From Podarcis gaigeae (lineage: Eukaryota): DNA of 64,000 bases. The notes under the pieces are model-generated. The model searched no databases and had not been told where the DNA came from. It saw nothing but the letters and a program-made list of their open reading frames with translations. This document shows positions 1 through 13,610 of this stretch, one piece after another. The DNA lies in NCBI GenBank assembly GCA_964106915.2, contig OZ066929.1. The stretch is one strand, 5' to 3'. How positions within the stretch are numbered: the stretch's first letter is position 1; each line of letters begins with the position of its first letter. The translations under genes and the position numbers were made by a program.

Positions 1-902
1 TTCCAGTGCCGTTCGAGGCAAGGGCTGGGCTGGCATGGCAGGCTCTATTCACCCTCCATGGTGAACTCACCACCATTGCCAACTATACTACGCCATTGAT
101 AGAAATCTTGACTTCTAGCTTCTTCTGATAGATATTCTTTCCATAGGAAGAGCTGAGCAACAAATTTAAATTTAAAAGTAGGATGTGGAGGAAATGTGAG
201 GGTTTACTTGCACTGTCATTTTATTCTGAATTTTAAATGAAACCTCATAGGTGGCAGCAGGTGGAGGGGAAACAAGAGCTTCTTTTAAAAGACTTCTCAT
301 TTATTGGGATTGTTAGCACTTTAATGGGAAACTGGGCCATTAGAAGTGCCAGAGTGCTCTATCCTTAAGGAAAGCATGCAGGACCCAGTGACCCCATTAT
401 ATTCCATCATTGCAATATCTGTGGGTTTAGCTGAGCACCGTGTGCAAAGGCAGAGTGACACATAACTTTTGATATGGTGAGATCATTACAATTTCTTTTT
501 TAGGCCTGATCAGTTTCCTGCAGGAGGTGAATTATTTCCTATGAATGTGCCTCGCTTCCTGCACACAGTTGGCATTCCCTGAATTGTAGAGATTCTTTTT
601 AGGGGTCAGTACACTCCTTACCTGAGGGGAAAAAAATATCAGATTGCAAGGGAAGAGGTGCTTTTATTTACCTTACTCTTCAATGCTCCCCCCCCCCACA
701 AAAAGGGTGTCACAGCAACATGCCATGACACAAAAGGAAAAGGGATTGGGAGAGAAGAAGAAAATAATAATAAACCCAGGCACTAGTTTTCAGTTACAGC
801 ATCCTTATTACAACCAGCTGGAATGGCCACTTGTTTTCTTGCAAACTTTAGTAAACTTGGAATCTCAGGGCTTAGTCTGATGGCAAATGCTGTGCGCGTG
901 CC

Positions 903-1025
903 TGCTGAAGATAGGCCGTCAGGGTTTGGTCAGGACCTGGATGGGAGACTGCTTGGGAATTACATGTCTACCACCTTGAGTTCCATGATGGAAGAAAGGT
1001 GGGATAGAAACATAGTAAATGTATA
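903..1025 (+). mobile_element. 5S rRNA-derived SINE-like fragment with L2-type tail
   Basis: 907-960 GAAGATAGGCCGTCAGGGTTTGGTCAGGACCTGGATGGGAGACTGCTTGGGAAT resembles the 3' half of vertebrate 5S rRNA (…TTGGATGGGAGACCGCCTGGGAATAC). It is followed by a CCTTGAG…GAAAGGTGGGATA tail like that of the SINE at 59461-59700. Confidence 0.65.
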
Positions 1026-1210
1026 AGTAATTTAGGACTAGGCTGCTCTTTTCTGGGTCAGGAGATGGGTAAAAGTGCTCTGTGTGTCATGTTTTGGGTT
1101 TGACGTTCCCACCACGTGACCATACTGCTGTTTTTGCTAAATAGTTCCATTTGGTTCCCAAACAATAGCAATTGACAAAATTTGGCACCACACTGAAGTG
1201 AATGGTGGGA

Positions 1211-1214
<4 letters not shown>

Positions 1215-1259
<45 letters not shown>
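1215..1259. repeat. (AC)n microsatellite
   Basis: About 22 perfect AC units. Confidence 0.98.
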
Positions 1260-1261
<2 letters not shown>

Positions 1262-1276
1262 TGTTACATCCAAATC

Positions 1277-1395
1277 AGGGGTAGTCAACATGGTTCCTGC
1301 TAGATGTTTTGGATTGCAGTTCCCACCATCCCTGACCATTGGCCATGCTGGTTGCAGCTGCTGGTAGCTGAAATCCAAAAGAATCTGGAGAGCAA
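1277..1395. mobile_element. ~140-bp palindromic hAT-type MITE (degenerate copy)
   Basis: CAGGGGTAG…AGATGTTTTGGA…CCCTGACCATTGGCCATGCTGG…TCCAAAAGAATCTGGAG. Same family as the copies at ~2285, 6110, 14575, 15714, 20200, 21262, 34660, 37146, 40799, 42796 and 48153. Confidence 0.7.
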
Positions 1396-2254
1396 AATGT
1401 ATTCAAATCTATCCTGGTTTACTTTTTGTGGCCTTCAAGCATTTTTTACATATATATTTAACCACAATCTCATACAGACCTCTCATTATTAACATTGGCA
1501 TCAATACCAAAGCAAGCTTGCTAGTTGCTTTTCCCCCCCTTCACGATTAAGAAGCAGCAAAAACTGGGGACTCCCCAGCTGAGTAAATATGCCAAGCCAT
1601 TGGAATTTGTAAATCATTGATAATGAGCATCTAAAAGGCATGGCCTAATGAGAAAGATCCCACAAACAAGCAGCATGCCTTTTAGTTCTAACTCCAGAGC
1701 CTTTTTCATCTCCCTCAGCTCCTTTTAATGACTGGGATTTCTCACTCTGAGGCCTGTGCAGTACAAAAAAGCCCCACTTTAATATTCTTTTTGATTAAGT
1801 GGGATTTCCCCCCCCCCCTTTTCTTCCCCTTCCAAGCCAGCATTAGGGCTATCATTGTAATCTTGATATGAAGCAGTGCACCCTGCGACATGCAGAGATG
1901 GAATTGTGCAGAGAAAGGTGGAGGTTATGGGGGTGGGGACCCCAAAGGTGGGGTAGGGTGGCCACATGCATTGCACCCTGCTGCAAAAAGGAGGATCCAG
2001 CATCACCAGAAAAAGAGGACAGATTTGCAGAAACATTGCATCTGCAAATTTAGAGATAATGAGCCTCAATTAAATAAAAGCACAGCACATTTCATCGTGA
2101 TGAAGAAGCAGGCTTTGACCATATGAGCTCAGTCTGCTGTCCAAAAGCTCACCGTCAGTGAGCAGTTTCAAGGCCTCTCTAACTCTCCCTCCTTAGGGTT
2201 CTTTAAGCTGAACTTGGACTAGGCAGGACTCTGCTCTGTTAATGTATATAGGAC

Positions 2255-2716
2255 ACATGGCCATGCAATCAGGAGATAGAATAAGGGTGAGAAACCTCCA
2301 GACTACAACCCTGCATTCACCCAGACAGGATAACCAATTGGCAGAGGTGATGGGAGTTGGGAGTCCAATGACACCTGGAAGTCCACAGCCCCCATTTACT
2401 GAGCTAGAGGGAATGGATAGGTAGTGGCCTCAGCAGTATGTTGGTCTTTCCTTTGAGGCAGCCTGGGAGCTCCAAACAACAACCTTACCCAGCCCCCTGT
2501 CCTTTGGTGTCAGTGTTCCATGCCCTTCTTAGAACACAAGCTGCCATTCTGCCATTCTGGATTACTACTCAGTGGCACCCTACCCTTCTACTGTGTTACT
2601 AATGCCTTGGTGATAAAGGCCAGAATCTTCAAGGACCCAGGATAATGTGATCTAAGCTGAGTTTCAAACAAGTACTTAACTTGTGGTCTACCAGAATTCT
2701 ACATGGCCCCCTAGTC
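2255..2716 (+). repeat. Copy 1 of an old local duplication (paralog at ~20175-20935)
   Basis: 2600-2660 matches 20539-20599 at 51/61 nt. The flanks are collinear, including a MITE at the same position before CTAGAGGGAAT. Confidence 0.75.
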
Positions 2717-3477
2717 CTTTTTTCAAGGCCCTGATCTCACTTACTTAAACTGGTTTTGGACTGAACTGGACAACCTTTCAAACAGAGGACTCCTTCAAAT
2801 AAGGGATTGGATACATGACCACCCTAATCTTAGGTCTGAAATATGATATGGAACAAAAGGACGAAGATGTAGTAAATGTGTGAGTGGCTTCGGATCATGA
2901 CTACAGAAATTCATGACATGTAGTTTGCCAGTAAGGGGTCTAGGTCTGGCACTGCTGTATCAGTGAAACAGCTTTTACCAGTCCAACCATCTCTTCCCCA
3001 GTTATGACCTGTGAGCTCTTTTCAGTGATACTATGTTTGAAGAAGAGATCTCAAAACATAATTAACAAGAATCAAATTTGAAGGCTACAAGACCTTGGTT
3101 AATTGAGAGGAAAGAGAACACAAATGGGAAATGCCATGTGTTTGCTTAAAAAAAATCAATCATGTTACAGTGTCTCATTGCCCCCTTTGGAACAACATGA
3201 CCCTCTGTTTTGTTTCATCCTTTCAACTCGCTGAGATGAGTTTACAATTTCAATAAAGCACTGCCTCTGTCAACAACCCATTTAGATGATGCTATTCAGT
3301 CCTCTCATTCGGGCCAGCCACTACCTTTCCTCAAATTAAGGTCAAGCACCATTTCCCCATGTTTTAGCGTTTAGCATCCAAAACTACTTAGAGAAGCCTA
3401 GAACAGGTTTATAACCCCATTTTTTAAAACAACAACAATGCAAAGTAGGGTGTGTGTGTGTAAAATCTGAGATGTAC

Positions 3478-3576
3478 AGGTCATAGTGGAGAGTTTTGAC
3501 CAAATGTGATCCACCTGGAGCAAGAACCGGCAAGCCACTCCAGTATCTCTGCCAAGAAAACTCCATGGACAAAGAC
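3478..3576 (+). mobile_element. RTE/BovB-like LINE fragment
   Basis: CATAGTGGAGAGTTTTGACCAAATGTGATCCACCTGGAGCAAGAACCGGCAAGCCACTCCAGTATCTCTGCCAAGAAAACTCCATGGAC resembles the BovB ATAGTGGAGAG…GGCAAACCACTCCAGTAT…GAAAACCCCATGGAC segment. Confidence 0.7.
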
Positions 3577-4877
3577 AAATCTTTTGACTACAAGCCCACA
3601 AAAGATCACCCCCTGCCCCTTTTCGTCCCATTCTTTCCAATCTCTGCAGGGATCCTTGGTTCTCTCTCGTCATTGTCTGGGAATCATTTGCGGGATCCCA
3701 TCAGAAAACAGCCATTAGTCACACTCATCATACTAGAGCTAATTCTCTATTTCCACTCAAGTCAGCAGGACATTTCTTTTGCCTCTCAAAGAAAGGATGG
3801 ATGTATTTGGTCAATTAGAGTGATGCTAGTAGATGGAATGGTGCCATGATAATGAAGATTCCCTTTTACTTCCCTCCACAAAAACTCAAGCTGGTTTGGA
3901 GGCTGAGGAAGGAGGGTCCCCCATCTCCGCCAATGGCATTTGAGAATCCTTTAAGCAGAATAATTTTATGGTCCTTGACTCAGGAAGTCAGTCTGAACTT
4001 TGGTTGTGGAGATAAAAGAACCGGCAAAGCATCCCTGCGGGAAGCCAGGCCTCGTTTGCATTCATAAATGTGAAGCTGGCGCCGCAGCCCACTTCCTCGT
4101 CCTAGGAATTACCTTTTGCTCAAAGGTTTTTCTATGTTCACTTATCATCTAATGAGCAGTGTAAGAAACTTCATTTCAAGAGGGAGAGAAAAAGAGCGAG
4201 CTGGCAAGTAGGAGATATATATATATATATATATCCATTTCCTGATGGCAGCCTCAAAATCATAATTCAATTTCTCTGGCTGTCTCATATCACTGGCAGC
4301 GAATGCAGGAAGGCTTAAAAAGACAAGGGTTGAATGACAAAGAAATTAAGGGGCACAGTTGTCCCTTTAAGCAGGGATGGGCCGGTTGATGAGAGCGAGC
4401 CTACTCTGAGTGACATATTGAAGAACATGGTGGGAGCAGCACAGAGAGGAGGTTTGTGTGTGAGCCATGGAGTGTGTTGGGCTTAGGAAGGGAGGCTGAT
4501 GGAAAATGCCACCTGTATCCATAATGGTAATTATCCCCTGGAAAGGTCAGCTCCTATTCTCACTGAAGTGTACAGCACATTTCAAATGGAAAGAATATGT
4601 CAGAGATAGCTGGGTAATTATCATAATAATGCTCTACATTTGGTACTTGTCAATTCCAAGCTCTTTGCAAGTTTTAAGCGGGGAGGCCTATCACCTCCCT
4701 CCTGAAAATGCAGTCTGTTCTGGCTGAAGTTATATGAAGCTGTTTGAAACATCCCCCCCACCCCTGAACTTTAGTGCTGACTGGTATATTCAGAAACACA
4801 ATACAACATTTCAAGTACTTTACTCTTTGGAAAGGCAAGTGGGGGAATCCCATGATGGAAAGTTCCCTAGGCCCTGA

Positions 4878-4996
4878 GGTGTTCTAGCCTAGCCTTCCGC
4901 TTGACATGCTAGATTTCAACAAGCAAAGAAATTTTCATATCCAGTGTCTGGGGAAAGTGTTCTAGCTTAGCTTTCGCATTGACATGCTAAATTTCA
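4878..4996. repeat. Degenerate direct repeat (2 x ~40 bp, ~79-bp period)
   Basis: GTGTTCTAGCCTAGCCTTCCGCTTGACATGCTAGATTTCA versus GTGTTCTAGCTTAGCTTTCGCATTGACATGCTAAATTTCA. Confidence 0.85.
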
Positions 4997-7659
4997 TTTG
5001 GCTAAGAATTTGTGCTGTAATCTCCCAAATGCATTCTGAAGAGGTACGGCCCTAAACAAGCTGAGACACATGGCTGGACCACAGAAATGAAGGCTATGTC
5101 ATGTACCTGGGGGGGGGGGCGGCTTTACATACTAAACATGAAGGCTTCAAGTGGGAAATGCAGCAAAAAAAATCCCAGAAGGTACTTCAAACTGTTCCAG
5201 ATGTTGTGCTACATAATGCAGATAAACTCAGAATCACTGCATTAGTGACAGTCACATGACTTGGTTGTGTAGTCAGTGTGGAAGAGGCCCATAGTGCAGT
5301 GTGTATTGGAATGCTGAACCCAGTGTCTGGGGAGTGGATAATGAATTGAGAATCAAGCTGTAATCTCTGTGACAGCTCAGCTAGAGAAATATTTTTACAT
5401 GGCAGTATTATATATTTCATAAAATATTAAGTGTTAACTTGAGAAGTTTTGAGAGAATTCTTCTAGCAGGTAGAACTTAGGTTCCCTAGATTTAGGCCAG
5501 GGGGAGCTCTGCTTCCTTCTAGAAACTGGGTTGGGGAACAGTGAGAGCGGGAAAGCACAAGAGACTAATGAATGCAAATTTTTGACTATTGCTAAAAACA
5601 AATACCCTGGTTTTGATTATTGCAGTATTCCAATATATTAATAAAAATGTAACCTTTGCAAAGTCATATGCTGTATCCCTAGCTGAGTTGTACTAACAGC
5701 CAAGTTTGCAGTTCAAATATTTCAGTTTGCAGGATGCCTAAAAACTGAAGGTATATTGTAAAGAAATCTCCCTACACCTCAGCTATAAGATCACATTCTC
5801 ATAAGGTGCATTGTGGTATTTTCCCATAAATACCAAATTTACTGCTTGATTAAAATTTGTTTTAAAAATGACAATTGCTGGACCTTCCATTGTTAGCCAC
5901 TTTGGACACCAACACATTTCTTGTTGTTGTTGCTGCTGCTGATGTACTGCCCAATTCCATTTCCCCTTTCCCTTCTTTTCCCTCAGTGCCCTCTTGTTTA
6001 TTTGCCCACACTGTGTTTAATAATATTGGCTGCAGCACTCACACAGCTTTGTCAATGATGTCATGGTGCTATAATCCATGATGCCACAGACATCCATAAA
6101 CAAAACATTCAGGAATAGACAACTCTACATGTTCTTGGTCTACAGCTCCCATCCCCATGCTGGCTGGGGTTGATGGGAGTTGTAGTCTGAGAATATCTGG
6201 AGGGAACCATGTCGGCTACCCCAATGTAGATCACCATAACTAAGTGGATTAAAAGGGAGTTTCAGCAAGTGTGAGGAAAACAGCACCGAGGTGCAGCAGC
6301 AATCTACTAGGAAATAGTATCAAGCAATTTGAATGTTTATCAAGGGAAGTATTTTGTTATTGTTGCTAATAAATTTGTTGAGTTGCTTTGAATGTGTCAC
6401 TTTCAAAGCAGTATCTGAATTAGGAAATATTTGCTAAAACTCTACTGGAGTAATATATTTTTTTAAAAAAAGCCTTTACAACAACACTAAATTGTAGAAG
6501 ATACTCTTAGATGCTAGTGAAAGCAAAATTATCTGTAAAGTTGCTTTGATGGCACACAAAAAAGACACAGTGGGGCTGTTTTTTTATTAAAAAGATGGCA
6601 ATGGATTCTGGTGATGAATATGAATTGTGCAGCCAATTTAGGTATCTGAATGACTGTCCAAGCACACCTCAACTTTCAGACGGATTTCTGCCACTAAGGC
6701 CAATTAATAAGAGAAACTAGTCCTCCAAACAGTTCGCATCAGACTGCCTTAGGAACATTAGCCAAAAATTGCAACGAATTACAGTGAACTAAGGTGACCT
6801 TAATAAACTACCGAGCACCTCAATTGCACTCGCTATCTAATCATCCAGCAGGCATAAAGGAGAAAAAGCCTCACTTGCCGCATTTATCAAGGTGGTGAAT
6901 CCTAGCACTTATTCTAGTTGTGCAGTAAAGCAACTCAAACCTTATTTTATTCGAAGTACTCTCAAGGTCATGGCAAAACAAGATCTTATTTCTCTCTCCA
7001 TTTGTCCACTTTCTTCTCGGTCTCAGCATCTGTACTTATGAGACTCCTAACAGCTTATGTATTCAGGCAACTCAGCCTGAAGCAACTTCTTTTAAAAGGG
7101 GCAATCTTTATCTTGGCTGCTGCCCGACAGAGCTGAACAGAGTGGTGGGACCATCATCATATCTGCTGCCTTCCTACATATGGTGGCCAGGGAAGAATGT
7201 TGGGGGCACAGGGATATCATTGTGCCAGTTTGGAGCTGGTGGAGTTATCAAGCTGAGATCAAGCCTGATTCTGTCACCAGATGTCAGTGGGGTTGGCTCA
7301 GGACCCAATGGATCACTGGCTGCCTCTGTGCCTCACTGCTCCTGGAATGCTCCCATTTTGGAGCTTTCTGCTGGCTGCCAGTGATGGGGATTCAGTCAGC
7401 AGAACTCCTGCTAAACCTCAAATTTGTTGGGCAAAAGGGGGCACACCAATGGAGTGAAACTGGTTTCATGCCATAGATGTTGGCCAGCAGGCAGCTGGCA
7501 GATGCCAGCAGGGTCAGGTGGAGGGATACATCCACTCTAGCCAAACCCCTTCCCCAGATAAAGGAGTGTTGCACTGATCTGGCTCCACGCTTTAATAGCT
7601 ATTAATGGATGCTGCAGACTAGGAGTACAATGAGATCCATACTTTACTGATAACTGCTG

Positions 7660-7948
7660 GGGAAGTTTTTGTAGGTGAGGTAACTGCCTCAGGTGGAAGA
7701 TGCTAGGGAGCAGAGGTGGCTCTTTTGGCTGTTCTTCCTGAGCCCCTTAATCAGAGCTGTGTGTGCTACACACCCTGTCATGCACTTCCAATAACTAGCC
7801 TGTTGCTCTCCGCACACTGGAAGGCACTATTGTATAGCCTGTGTTGAAGTGAGGTTCAACTGCCAGTCCTTCCATTTTCTGTTAGTATTGGGGGAAGAAA
7901 CCACCCTGTCATTTGCCTCAGGCGGCAAAATGCATTGGGCTGCCCCTG
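7660..7948 (+). mobile_element. Non-autonomous DNA transposon (hAT-like), degenerate
   Basis: TGAGGTAACTGCCTCAGGTGGAAGATGCT…TTTGCCTCAGGCGGCAAAATGCATTGGGCTGCCCCTG. Related opposite-orientation copy at ~18745-19216 and fragments at ~27730-27850 and ~51990-52140. Confidence 0.55.
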
Positions 7949-10394
7949 ATTGGAAAATTAGTCATAACACATTTCCAGAGAAGAACCTCTTACAAGGTGC
8001 ACAATCTCTATCTGCAACATCACAATGCTCAGCCAAGGCCCTTTCAGTTTACAGAGTCCACAAGGTACCCAAAGCTGTAGTACACCTTCCAGAGATGTCA
8101 CCGTGGTTGTGTCCTGTTCCATAGTGTCCTCCATCACTGAGAAAAGGTAGCAGGCCAAACAAGATGGTGAAAGGATGGCTCAGGGCAGCCTGAAGCAGTT
8201 TTATGCTAGGGTGAGGTCAGAAACCTAAACAGGAACAAGTGTGCTGTGTCAGAATACAGGAGCTAGGGTTTCAGGACCATGGGCAGCAACCTTGAAACTG
8301 GGACATGGAGGGAAGAGTTGCTTTCTTCACTGCCTGTGCTTTATAGTCTGGCCCAGACAGAATCCTTGCCTTCTGGGTACTGCTGATGGCCTGCATTTGG
8401 GATGGGGGTGGGGGCAGGAACAGAAGGCATGTTCTTCAACCTGTTGACTTGATGTCTGGAGGTTCAGAGATGGCCAAATCTATTTCTGGTTCAAATCGCT
8501 TTCACACATTTTAACCCTCCATTGCTTCATGTTCCATTCCTACATTAACTAGTATTTTTTAAAGCAGTTCTTTCAAGCTATGTATTTTAATGTATACTTT
8601 TTCTAAAAATACTGATTTTAATGCATGTTTTGATACATTTAACCTGCTGAGAACTGTAATGTAGCATTCAGAGAAGTGAAAAATCTGCCGGAGAGTTAAG
8701 TTATCAGCCACACATTAACTCAAGGGGGTGGATCAGAACATTTTGAATAGAAATTTGCAAATATTAAATTCCTCAACCATCTTTACTTGGGAAACAGGTT
8801 AAATTCACCCACTTATCACAGTAGATTGGACCACTGTAGCAGTCCTGAATTTACCTGTGGGCTGAGCCCCAACTCCTGATTGTATTATACGCTTTTCCAG
8901 ATTTTGCAATGCAGTTTTAGTGCATTAAAAATGCAAACAAAAACATGTATTTTATGGTTAAAATGTATATAAAATGTTGATTTTATAGGAATGTGCAGTG
9001 AAGAGCACTGAAAAAAATAGGCATATGGGGAAAAGGATGCAATAATATGTATTATAGCATATATAATTTAAATTAGAACTTTTCATATATGCTTTAAAAA
9101 ATCTACACACAACAAGACTGGATGGATCTATAATTGGGAGCCAATGAAAATGAAACAGGACACACCTAGGCTAATGTGTAACCAGTGTCAGCCTTACTCA
9201 CAGTAGACACATTTAAATTAATGGACATAACTAACTTAGGCCCATTCATTTCAATGGGTCTAGTTTAAGTGGTGCTTAGTTGGATACAATCCTCTGTCCA
9301 ATCCTTTGTGTTTAAAGAATGTGGACAACAAATTATTATTAGATTTTTGTCTCCTCCGAAACATGAATGCTAGAGGACAATATACTGAACACATTAGGTG
9401 GTTGTAACTGAGGACATTTTGGTTACTTCAAGGTTTATTTTAGTGAAAGATCAGCTGTCTGAAATTGCCTCTGCAATTACTATTCTCAATGGCATCAATT
9501 TTGTTCAAGTGTATTGCTCTCATTAATCACAGAATTCGTGTCATCGATAGAGATCAGTCCATTACAAGCTCGTGGATGGGTGTAGATTTTGGGTTTTTGC
9601 TGTTTTTGTTTTAAACTGAGAGTGTTCTGGAAACCAGTGTCAAATGAATGTACCATTTCAACTATGACTTCTCTCATTGTCAATTTAGCAGGGTGGATTT
9701 CTTCCTTTCTGTAGTCATTACGTTAAATCCAACTGATGGAACTGAAATGGGGCACCAGATCATGTACCACTAGCAGTAGCTCCACCTCTGAGAAGCAGAG
9801 TCAGGTCAAACATAGGTCAGGTTACAGTAAGGCACAGTTGAATCCAATAGAATAAAGATTTATTGCTTATAGCCATAGACCATTGCCAATAATCTCAAAT
9901 GCAGCAGAGGCTAATGTCAGATAAGCAAGCAACTGGCCAATGTGACTGGCAGGGCAGAAGGCAGGGAGCCCCAAAAAGAAGATGGTCTACCTCCAAAGTC
10001 AAGGAGAGCCAACTAATTATACTTTTGTCAACATATTCTTCCCTGCTGAGTTCTACAAGGGGTGACAGGGAAACTAAGGTAGAGGAGGAGGAAGCTGACA
10101 GACAGAGTTATCCGCTGGACTAGTTGTAAGAAGGCAGGTAGGTGAAGACTAGTGGATAACAGGCGGTGGAGACATGCCCCATTTGCCCTAATGGACCAGT
10201 CTCCACCGCATGGTGTGGAAACAGGCAGGGGTTTATTGGTGGTCACTGGTGTGAAAAAAATGTTCTCTGAAAGGAAGAAGCTTGAAAACCACTCTTTGTA
10301 CCATTGCATGCCAATTATTCATATTGCCATCTACTCAGTACCATTGTATGGCAGGCTATCAAGTACAGCAAAATATCACTTGTCAAACACACTT

Positions 10395-10505
10395 GGTTGT
10401 AGCCAACTAAGTTCTACTCAGAGTAGGCTGACTGAAATTCAGTCAGTCATGCCCATCAGCTTCAATAGATCTACTCTGAGTAGGACAAGCATTGGATTAT
10501 ACAAC
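10395..10505. mobile_element. ~115-bp hairpin/palindromic MITE-like element
   Basis: GGTTGTAGCCAACTAAGTTCTACTCAGAGTAG…CTACTCTGAGTAGGACAAGCATTGGATTATACAAC is self-complementary. Other copies at ~9175-9292, 11496-11603, 11734-11845, 33835-33953, 34455-34550, 46676-46790 and 61465-61574. Confidence 0.75.
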
Positions 10506-11495
10506 TCTAGATGCTTAACTTAACTGTAGATGCTAATCAGAAGGATATTCATGAAGTCTTGGCGAAAATATCTGGATAATATTTGATTCAACGCCACACT
10601 CTGCAAAGGAGAATCTTGGGGAGCAATTTATTTTTTCGGTTCAAGTGTCTGTCATGCAAATTGGACACCCAGGTAGGTGATACAGGTGAAGGGCCCATTA
10701 GGACTGCTCTTTAAATCATAAGTTGTCTCCATCCTAAGCAAGCAAACCCAGCCACTACACCTCTGAGATGAAGGGAAAAGGTCTTCCAGTTCAGGACTAT
10801 GGTCCCAGGAGACTTGAGCCATACTATTATTATTTTATACATATATAAAGGCTGTGATTGTCATCCTCATCATCTTTCTAAATGTTAAGTAACTCATTAC
10901 ACTGTTGGAAGTGTAGCTTTATAAAATGTGTCTATTTAATGAACTCTTTTTGGGGTTGAAGTACCAAGTGAATTATCATGTGAAAAGAATATATATCTGA
11001 CTAGAATTATGAGCTATAACTCCAGAAACTGATCGGATTTATGACTAGACCACCTCATTATGAGAAACTAGAGCTGTGCATAATACAGGAAATAGAATGT
11101 TGAAGACAATAAGTAGAACCAACCAGCTCATTAAAAGTATCTAAGGGTGCAATCCTATGGCCCCAGGGAAGGCATCCCAAGAACTGTCCATGCCCCTCCA
11201 ATGTTGGAGGCATGTCTCTGACATCAGAGAGTGAAATCTGATATCAGAGCTTCCCTCTCCAATGATGTCAGCTCCTCTGAAGCCCAGGCCCAACCTAAGA
11301 AAAAGCTCTGATGTTGGTAGAACCAAAAAGGGTTTGTGCCAGGAATGCCAAGAAGCAGCTTAGATCAAAGCCCTCCAGGTCCTCTATCATGTCCACAAAC
11401 TGGGATGTGTGGAAATTAAGCACATTTCTAATTATGCCTAAATCATGTTTTGAATAGGAGTGAAAATGTAATAGTAGTGGTAGCCATAATAATAT

Positions 11496-11603
11496 GTTGT
11501 AGTCAACTAAGCTATACTCAGAGTAGACCCATTGAAATTAATCAACATGACTGTTCCATGAAATGCAATTGGTCTACTCTGAGTAAAACTTTGAATACCA
11601 CCC
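11496..11603. mobile_element. ~115-bp hairpin/palindromic MITE-like element
   Basis: Inverted arms ACTCAGAGTAGACCCATTG…ATTGGTCTACTCTGAGT. Confidence 0.75.
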
Positions 11604-13220
11604 ATAAGTTTTAATAATTTCTTTACATTATTGTTCAACTAACAAAGTATTCCTTAAGTCATATATTTATATCATACTAATAATAGCCATAGCTGTCATA
11701 TCATCTCTTTTCTTTATTCCAATACAAGATACTGGATTGCATCCAATGCTAGTCATACTCAGTGTTGACCCATTGAAGTTAATGGACACGACTAATTTAG
11801 GTTAATTAATTTCAGTGGAATAGAACTTACGGTAGCTTGATATAAGCAAACATGTTTTTGAAAACTAGGATACATACAGAGGAATGAAAGAGCTTGAGAA
11901 CAGGATAAGGCAGTTCAATCACCATCAGGTTCCCCCGCTCCCCTTGTCAATAAATTAGGATTATAGTCTAATAAAATAAATGAACCCCCCACCAAAAAAA
12001 CCTTGGTTTGAAAACATATTTTATTCCTGATAAGTGTTAAGGTTTACATTATTTTAACTTACATTTAAATTAAGGCAACTGGAATCTTCTCATTTCTAGA
12101 ACCTATTCAATGATGATGAGCAAAATGGTCTAAGACACCAGCAGCCAGAAAATGTAACATTTTCTGCAGATTTACCAAGGCTGCCTGCCATATTGCATCA
12201 ACTTTGGGTAACCCCTCACATTTCACAGATGTCCCTGAAGCACCCATTAGTTATGCAGGTGCATTTTAATGGGCTTCTCTAACAATATTCACTGGCACAG
12301 CAAGCATTAACTATTTGGAATATTTGGCAGATTTACAAGCTCGACTGGCCTGCTTTGCTACCCAGGGATGGAGGATGTCAGCATGTCGGCAATTGGTATC
12401 ATTAACAATAATCCTGTGTGTGATTTTCCCAATAGGCAGCAGAGCTGAAGGCCAAGGGAGTTGATGCTTAAGAAGAAAAGTTTTTCTTTTTTTGTCCTTT
12501 TAATAATTAGATTTGGGGATTTAGGAAGTTGGAGACTTGTTTCTTAAGTTACTAAAGCACAGAGTTATTCTGCGGTGGGGTGGGGTTGAGGGTGAGGAAT
12601 CCAGATCGTACCTTGAACTGGAAATGTACAGTAGAAAACAGTGGCATTCCTCTGATGACAGAAGACTCTCTGATCCAGCAAAGGATTTTATCAACAGAAT
12701 GGGGAAGGAAAGCTTTTGCTGTTGTTGCATTTTCAGCCTGCCCCCGCCCCACTGGCCCAACACCCCCCAGTCAGTTCCGGACACTCTAGAATATGGGAGT
12801 GGTGGTGGTAGGCTTCAGGAGGGAGAGGATAACTCAGCCAAAATTGCCTCCCACTCCCATTGTGCTGACTGGAACATTCCATAAGTGCAAAGACAGGTTT
12901 GGGTACCAACCCAAGCAAACATACTATTTCCCCCAAAATACAAAAAAGAAGGGAGTGATAGGAGTTGCTTTTCTTTGCTATTCACAAAGCAAGCAACTTC
13001 ACAGCAGTTGTAGGCAGAGTCTGAATAAGACTGATCAAGTTCAGCCAATGTTTGGACTTTCTATGAGAAATTACCAAGAGCTGCCACCATGAAACCCTGC
13101 AACCCAAATATAGAGGTTTCTGCTCAGGCATTTCCACCCCAAGAAAATTGGAAGAAAAACCATCACAATCTATTGAGAAAATCTTCACAAGGATTCCAAA
13201 CATGCACCACCCCAAGTTTA

Positions 13221-13384
13221 GGAAAGGCTTAGTGGTAGACCACATGCTTTGCATGTAGAAGGTCCCAGCTTCAAGTCCAGTCTCCTTTCTGAAACCATGG
13301 AGATGTGCAGCCAGTCAGCACAGACACTTTTGTGCTAGATGGGACAATTGTTTGGCATGGCATGTGACAGTTTCATATGTTCAT
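13221..13384 (+). mobile_element. tRNA-derived SINE (Squam2-like), degenerate
   Basis: Head GGCTTAGTGGTAGACCACATGCTTTGCATGTAGAAGGTCCCAGCTTCAAGTCC (A/B-box-like), body CAGCCAGTCAG…CTAGATGG, and tail CAGTTTCATATGTTC. Confidence 0.65.
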
Positions 13385-13479
13385 AAGCTGCTCTCTGCCT
13401 TTCAATACCATAGGTGTCCTGTTCAGAAGCCAGAATATTATGGAATACCCTCAACAGAGAAGTCCATTTGACACCAATG

Positions 13480-13610
13480 GTATTTTGTTGTGGTCTCGGC
13501 GGCTGCTCCCAGTCACCACTGTAGCTGCCGCATTCTGGATTAGTTTGAGTTTCTGGGTCACCTTCAAAGGTAGCCCCATGTAGAGCATGTTGCAGTAGTT
13601 CAAGCGGGAG
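13480..13610 (-). mobile_element. L2 LINE ORF2 fragment
   Basis: The minus strand translates to SRLNYCNMLYMGLPLKVTQKLKLIQNAAATVVTGSSRRDH, the L2 'SRLDYCN…LQLIQNAAAR' motif. Confidence 0.9.

Noticed and set aside
907-960. 5S rRNA gene
   Set aside because: Partial, diverged and fused to a retroposon tail.
5035-5066. Hammerhead-ribozyme-like CTGAAGA…AAAC
   Set aside because: The GAAA core is absent (TAAAC) and flanking stems I/III are not evident. The same applies to CTGATGA at ~60036.
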